Assembly (NCBI GenBank): GCA_965552135.1
Contig: CBEVQY010000034.1
Span: 1 to 22,183 of the forward strand
From: an uncultured bacterium
GTDB lineage: Bacteria; UBP14; UBA6098; B30-G16
Direction of reading: 5' to 3'
Length of the DNA: 22,183 nt
Positions 17,962 through 22,183 of the stretch are shown here, piece after piece. Made by a program: the position numbers and the translations under genes. Position 1 is the first letter of the stretch. The number at the start of each line of letters is the position of its first letter. A model generated the notes under the pieces. That model searched no databases. It was given only the letters and a program-made list of their open reading frames with translations, and was not told the DNA's origin.

Positions 17962-18876
17962 ATGCGTAAGGCGCTGCTTTTGTGCGTGAGCGTTTGTGCT
18001 TTTGCGCTCGTCTTTGGGCAGGCGAAGGTGGGGACGGCGGTTGGTCAGTTTTTGGAGATATCGCCTTCGGCGCGCGCAGAGGGGATGGGTAGCGCATTTA
18101 TCGCCGTCGCCGACGACCCATCCGCAATGTACTACAACCCCGCAGGGCTCGCATGGCAGTTAAGACGCCAGCTTTCGTTCTCACACGCCGTCTATTTCGC
18201 CGACATAAGCTTCGACTGGCTCGGCGCATCGCTGCCGCTTGCCGGAGGCGTATTCGGAGTCTCGGCAACGGCATTAAACGCAGGCGAAATGGAGGAAACT
18301 ACCCCATATCACCCCGAAGGCACCGGAAGGACTTTCACCGCGGGCGCACTGTCGGCTGGCATAACGTACTCAAGGCTCCTTACCGATAGGTTCGCCGTCG
18401 GCATCAACCTGAAATACGTCGGGGAATACCTCGCAGACGTCTCGGCGCAGGGATGGGCAATGGACATAGGAACCATCTACAAGACGGCGTTCCACGACAT
18501 AAGGCTTGGGATGCTGCTTTCCAACTTCGGACCGGACCTCTCCTACATCCAGCAAAGCTTTCCCCTGCCTATGTGCTTTCACTTCGGCGCGGCGGGGGAG
18601 CTCCTGAAAAACGGAACGCACAGACTCACCATCGACTTCGAGGGATCACACCCCAACGACAACCTCGAGAAGTTCCAGATAGGCTTCGAGTACGCATACA
18701 AGGAGTTCGCCTTCCTGAGGGGGGGATATAAGATACAGTACGACTCTGATCGCTTTGCCCTTGGTGCCGGCGTGAGGATACCTCTTGGGTCGCTCACAAT
18801 CGGCGCAGACTACTCCTTCACCGATATGAAATACCTAAACGACGTCCACAGGTTCAGCATAAGCTTTCTTTTCTGA
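17962..18876 (+). CDS. PorV/PorQ-family outer-membrane beta-barrel, paralog 2
   Basis: Signal peptide; QAKVGTAVGQFLEISPSARAEGMGSAFIAVADDPSAMYYNPAGLA, GTGRTF, AMDIGTIY, SNFGPD, LRGGYK, ADYSF; ends HRFSISFLF (terminal Phe). Confidence 0.88.
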   Translation: MRKALLLCVSVCAFALVFGQAKVGTAVGQFLEISPSARAEGMGSAFIAVADDPSAMYYNPAGLAWQLRRQLSFSHAVYFADISFDWLGASLPLAGGVFGVSATALNAGEMEETTPYHPEGTGRTFTAGALSAGITYSRLLTDRFAVGINLKYVGEYLADVSAQGWAMDIGTIYKTAFHDIRLGMLLSNFGPDLSYIQQSFPLPMCFHFGAAGELLKNGTHRLTIDFEGSHPNDNLEKFQIGFEYAYKEFAFLRGGYKIQYDSDRFALGAGVRIPLGSLTIGADYSFTDMKYLNDVHRFSISFLF

Positions 18877-18901
18877 CGGCAAAAACCGAAAGGGGTGAGA
18901 T

Positions 18902-20581
18902 ATGAGAAGGGGCGTTTTCATCGCAGCGTGCGTTTTGGTTCTGGCGCTCTTTTGGGGGTGTGGCTACAAAGGCGAGAACGTTGCTCCCGAAAACCCGTTT
19001 GTTTATATGTACAACGTTCCGCCTGACAGCTCCGTTTTGGGCGCCGCGCCGATAATATACTGGTGGGGCACCGACCGCGACGGAAGAATAATCGAGTACG
19101 AATACATCGATATCCCCAAATCACTCTTTGCGGGCGGCGATGAGCTGTACGAAAGCTACTACACCGGCGCCGAGGAGATCCCCGACACCGGAGTTGCCCT
19201 CGCCGAAAGCAAACACGCCAACTGGATGACGACATCGCAGACGTCGGACACGATCTTCCTCTCGCTTGAGGCGGGCGAGGACACCACCGAACACCTCTTC
19301 TGCGTGCGCTCAGTCGACAACGAAGGGCTTAAGTCGGATATCGAGTGCCGCATATACTTCCGCATCAACACCCCGCCCGACACCGTGGAGCTGAAGGAGT
19401 ACGAGGAGTATGAGGAGGGGGACACCTTTTGGGTTCTGAACGACGTTACAGAGGACTGGGGCGGGATACCGTTTTCGTGGCGAGCACATGACCCCGACAA
19501 CTCAGTCATCCTGGAGTATTACTGGTGGGTTGAGAACTACGACAACCCCAACGAGGTCGTTCGCACCTCCCTCGCCGACGACAGCCTCGGCGGGATGTAC
19601 TCCGGGCTCGACTCAACGGACGGCTGGGTCAGATACACCAACACGATCCTGCGCGGCATACCCACGGGTCACTGGCGCTTTGTTGTCAAAGCGCGCGACG
19701 ACGCCTTCTACGAAGGCGCAGCCGATACGTTCGAGTTCTACGCAGTCCACCCCTACTTCGACCCATCAATCGACTCCGTCGCACAAGCGATGTACGAGGG
19801 AACGTTCCCACACAGAATGCTCGTGCTTTACGCATACTCCCCAACGATGGGGGTGGACATCGAAGACGTTCAGTCGTTCTACGGAGGAATCTTCGACCAG
19901 TTCGTGGGGATGTACTACGATTCCTACGACGCCACCACCGACGGGATAAGCTTTTCGGGCTTCGACGAAAGACTCAACATGACGAAGTTCGACCTCAAGG
20001 ACTACAGCATAGTCTACTTCGTCAACATAGGTCACTCCGCCTTCTCCTTTGCGCCCCTCGAGGAAATGCTTGACGAATTTCGGGAGTACGTTCTTGCCGG
20101 CGGTCGCCTCGTCCTGGACGGTCGTTCGATACTCGAACACGCCCACATCCCGCCGTCTGCGTTTTCCGCGCCGGGATACACGATATACGAGATGCTCGGC
20201 GTTGTGACCGTTGCGCGTCCTTCGGGCTTTGCGTGGGCGCAGTCGCTGCACCCCGACTTCCCCGACTCCCTCACCCTCGACGCCGACAAAGTCCCCGGCG
20301 GAACGCTCGGGAAGGTACAAGGGTTTGGGACATATCCTTACTTCTTCGGCGTGCCCTTCGTTGAGCCGCTCTACCGCGCTGGCGAAGGCTCAAGCGACGA
20401 CCTCGTCGGATGGCAGGTCGCAGAACGTTTCGCAAGGAGAACTACCCGAAGCGCATACTTCGCCTTCCCGCTCTACTTCATCGACAACTCCGAGGGCAAG
20501 GTAAACCAGGTGCTCGACGAAACCTTCAGGTTCATAACGGCGACGTTTGAGCCGGAGGAGGAAGAAGAGGAGGGACTTTAG
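18902..20581 (+). CDS. Outer-membrane-associated lipoprotein with two Ig-like repeats and a C-terminal alpha/beta domain
   Basis: MRR + hydrophobic stretch + lipobox LFWG-C. Repeats WWGTDRDGRIIEYEY...FCVRSVDNEG and SWRAHDPDNSVILEYYW...FVVKARDDAF. C-terminal LKDYSIVYF...REYVLAGGRLVLDG; poly-Glu tail. Confidence 0.75.
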   Translation: MRRGVFIAACVLVLALFWGCGYKGENVAPENPFVYMYNVPPDSSVLGAAPIIYWWGTDRDGRIIEYEYIDIPKSLFAGGDELYESYYTGAEEIPDTGVALAESKHANWMTTSQTSDTIFLSLEAGEDTTEHLFCVRSVDNEGLKSDIECRIYFRINTPPDTVELKEYEEYEEGDTFWVLNDVTEDWGGIPFSWRAHDPDNSVILEYYWWVENYDNPNEVVRTSLADDSLGGMYSGLDSTDGWVRYTNTILRGIPTGHWRFVVKARDDAFYEGAADTFEFYAVHPYFDPSIDSVAQAMYEGTFPHRMLVLYAYSPTMGVDIEDVQSFYGGIFDQFVGMYYDSYDATTDGISFSGFDERLNMTKFDLKDYSIVYFVNIGHSAFSFAPLEEMLDEFREYVLAGGRLVLDGRSILEHAHIPPSAFSAPGYTIYEMLGVVTVARPSGFAWAQSLHPDFPDSLTLDADKVPGGTLGKVQGFGTYPYFFGVPFVEPLYRAGEGSSDDLVGWQVAERFARRTTRSAYFAFPLYFIDNSEGKVNQVLDETFRFITATFEPEEEEEEGL

Positions 20582-20595
20582 CCCGGAGGGCGACC

Positions 20596-21021
20596 TTGGC
20601 GAAGAGCAAGCGCCTCTCCGGCGGCGTCTTCGCCGTAAGGCTTTTCGCCGGCGAGGAGCTTATATCGGGTCTCCTTGAGTTTGCGCGCACAAAGCGCACA
20701 GGCGGCGCCGTTTGGGGCATAGGCGCCCTCGCGTGGGCTGAAATAGGCTACTTCGACGAGAAAAGCAGAACTTATCTGCGCAGGCGCGTCACTGGCGGAG
20801 TGGAGCTTGCCTCGCTTATGGGCAACCTCGTATTCGTTGACGACAAGCCCACGGCGCACCTGCACGCCGTGCTCGCGACAAAGGATTTCGCCACGGTTGG
20901 GGGACATCTCTTCGCCGCCGAAGTTTCGGTGACGGCTGAGATCATCGTTCTCCCGTGGGAAGCCGGCGAGCTCAGCCGCGCCAGGGACGAGCGCACAGGA
21001 CTTGCGCTGTGGGAGATCTGA
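20596..21021 (+). CDS. PPC domain (DUF296) protein
   Basis: VRLFAGEELI, GIGAL, ELASLMGNL, AHLHAVL, VGGHL and VTAEI, typical of PPC/DUF296. Confidence 0.88.
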   Translation: MAKSKRLSGGVFAVRLFAGEELISGLLEFARTKRTGGAVWGIGALAWAEIGYFDEKSRTYLRRRVTGGVELASLMGNLVFVDDKPTAHLHAVLATKDFATVGGHLFAAEVSVTAEIIVLPWEAGELSRARDERTGLALWEI

Positions 21022-21198
21022 GGGCGGAGCAGCAGGGTAAATCGGCGTGAGTGCTGGAAAGCTGCATGGGAGTTGCACGAGGCGCCGCAGCGAAATCGTC
21101 GCAGCCCGAAAGGCGCAAGCCTCAACGAGCTCGGACAGGGTCCCAGAAGGAGCGACGGAAAACAGGGGCACGGAAGATCGCCTGAGTTGGGTGCGCCT

Positions 21199-21771
21199 TC
21201 AGCCTCTCCGCGATAGGGCAAGGGCGATGTAGTGTATCGCCGTTCCCCACGACAGCGCCACGAGAACGCCGCCGTAGACGACGATGGTCACATCCACAGC
21301 GGGGGGGATCGGCTTTCTTACGACGGCGACCCAACCGAAGAGAGCCAAAAGCATAACAAGCTCAAGGGTTGTTTTCAGCTTTGCGGGTAGCGATGGGAGT
21401 ATGATGCCGCGGCCCGTCCTGATGCGCGCGATCCTGAGGGCTGTGACGACGACGTCCCGCGCAACAAGCGCAATCGTTACCCACCAGGGGAGAACGCCTA
21501 TCGCCGAAAGCGCCACAAGCGCAACCCCGGTAAGCGCCTTGTCGGCTATTGGGTCCCAAAGCTTTCCGAACTCCGAGACTCTGGTCCTTCGGGCGACGTA
21601 ACCGTCCCAGAAGTCGGATATTGCGCCTGCGGCGAAGAGCACGAGTCCCGCAAGCCTGCACGCGTCGTTGCCGAAGAAAAAAAGAACGAAAACCAAAGGA
21701 GCAACAAAGAGCCTGCCCAAAGTCATCCAGTTTGCGGGCGTGGAGATGTCTTTTGCGGAGCCTGAGCGCAT
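21199..21771 (-). CDS. pgsA: CDP-diacylglycerol--glycerol-3-phosphate 3-phosphatidyltransferase (CDP-alcohol phosphatidyltransferase)
   Basis: PANWMTLGR, SDFWDGYVARRTRVSEFGKLWDPIADK (DGxxAR...GxxxDxxxD), RDVVVTALR and AKLKT. Confidence 0.88.
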   Translation of the reverse strand: MRSGSAKDISTPANWMTLGRLFVAPLVFVLFFFGNDACRLAGLVLFAAGAISDFWDGYVARRTRVSEFGKLWDPIADKALTGVALVALSAIGVLPWWVTIALVARDVVVTALRIARIRTGRGIILPSLPAKLKTTLELVMLLALFGWVAVVRKPIPPAVDVTIVVYGGVLVALSWGTAIHYIALALSRRG

Positions 21772-21776
21772 AACGT

Positions 21777-22043
21777 TTACTCTTCGCCAAAGCCCTCGGC
21801 GAAAAGCTTGGCTATCGCCTCGACGGCGGCTTCTTCGTCGGGACCATCGGCGGTTATCACAACACGGCTGCCCTTCTCGGCGGCTAATATCAAAACGCCC
21901 ATTATGCTTTTTGCGTTAACTTCGATATCGTCCTTGCGCAGCTTTATCGTGGACGCGAACTGGGATGCGGTCTTTACGAGCATCACCGCCGGTCGCGCGT
22001 GCAGCCCAAGGCTGTTTACGACTGTGACCTCGCGCTCTACCAC
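21777..22043 (-). CDS. ptsH: Phosphocarrier protein HPr
   Basis: VVNSLGLHARPA (His15), VNAKSIMGVLILAA (Ser46) and ADGPDEEAAV. GTG at 22043 gives the canonical ~88 aa length. Confidence 0.95.
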   Translation of the reverse strand: MVEREVTVVNSLGLHARPAVMLVKTASQFASTIKLRKDDIEVNAKSIMGVLILAAEKGSRVVITADGPDEEAAVEAIAKLFAEGFGEE

Positions 22044-22133
22044 CTCTGCCCTCAACCGCCGCAGTCCCAAAAATATCGTGGGGTTAGACCAGCGCCGCAA
22101 GGGAAAAGTCGGGTGGGGGCGCGCCCTCGGGCG

Positions 22134-22183
22134 CTATCTGACCACGACTATCCTCCCCAAAAGGAGCTTGCCGTCCTTCGTTT
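22134..22183 (-). CDS. 3' end of an upstream gene, C-terminus ...TKDGKLLLGRIVVVR*, resembling a T9SS-CTD terminal strand
   Basis: Own translation of the minus strand to TAG at 22136-22134. The ending parallels GKFVIIK* of the 15507-17915 protein. Only 15 residues are visible. Confidence 0.45.
   Translation of the reverse strand, partial: TKDGKLLLGRIVVVR

Noticed and set aside
21100..21150. CGAAAG...GCAAGCCTC resembling a c-di-GMP-I riboswitch, and CAGGGTCC-CAGAA-GGAGC resembling the SRP RNA core
   Set aside because: Key conserved elements are missing (GGCAAA/GGACGCAAA; the GGAA tetraloop with AGCAG), and the site lies between convergent genes rather than in a 5' UTR.
20578..21201. Possible UGA readthrough or selenocysteine at the pgsA stop (a hairpin follows and the frame stays open)
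   Set aside because: PgsA is already full length, the extension runs antisense through the PPC gene, and there is no redox-motif context.
49..21919. Numerous long alternative-frame and antisense ORFs (e.g. 799-1782, 6996-7955, 10035-11192, 16698-17762)
   Set aside because: These are shadow ORFs expected at high GC; each overlaps a well-supported gene and lacks motifs.

Overview
GC-rich bacterial window, probably from an anaerobic, non-Bacteroidetes member of the FCB group. This placement is inferred from two PorV-family barrels, a T9SS-like C-terminal domain, MvhD/FdhB-like Fe-S genes and a DUF366 gene. Gene order: hemW-like radical SAM (5'-truncated), PTS IIA, GT-C glycosyltransferase and porV-like paralog 1 (minus), TPR/HD-GYP protein, mvhD plus two FdhB/FlxC-like Fe-S proteins (minus), membrane-anchored transglutaminase-like protein, dxr, DUF366 (minus). 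A ~9 kb plus-strand operon follows: TonB-dependent receptor with a large Ca-binding-motif insertion, secreted protein with a T9SS-like CTD, porV-like paralog 2, lipoprotein, PPC/DUF296. The window ends with pgsA and HPr (minus) and the last 15 residues of another gene with a CTD-like ending. The best candidate for an undescribed system is the SusD-less 'TBDT + CTD cargo + dedicated PorV + lipoprotein' outer-membrane cassette. Its parts share acidic DxNGxG/GNGxxDxGE motifs and are rich in Bacteroidetes-type O-glycosylation sequons. No mobile elements, CRISPR arrays, tRNAs or rRNAs were seen. All calls come from motif recognition; no database searches were run.
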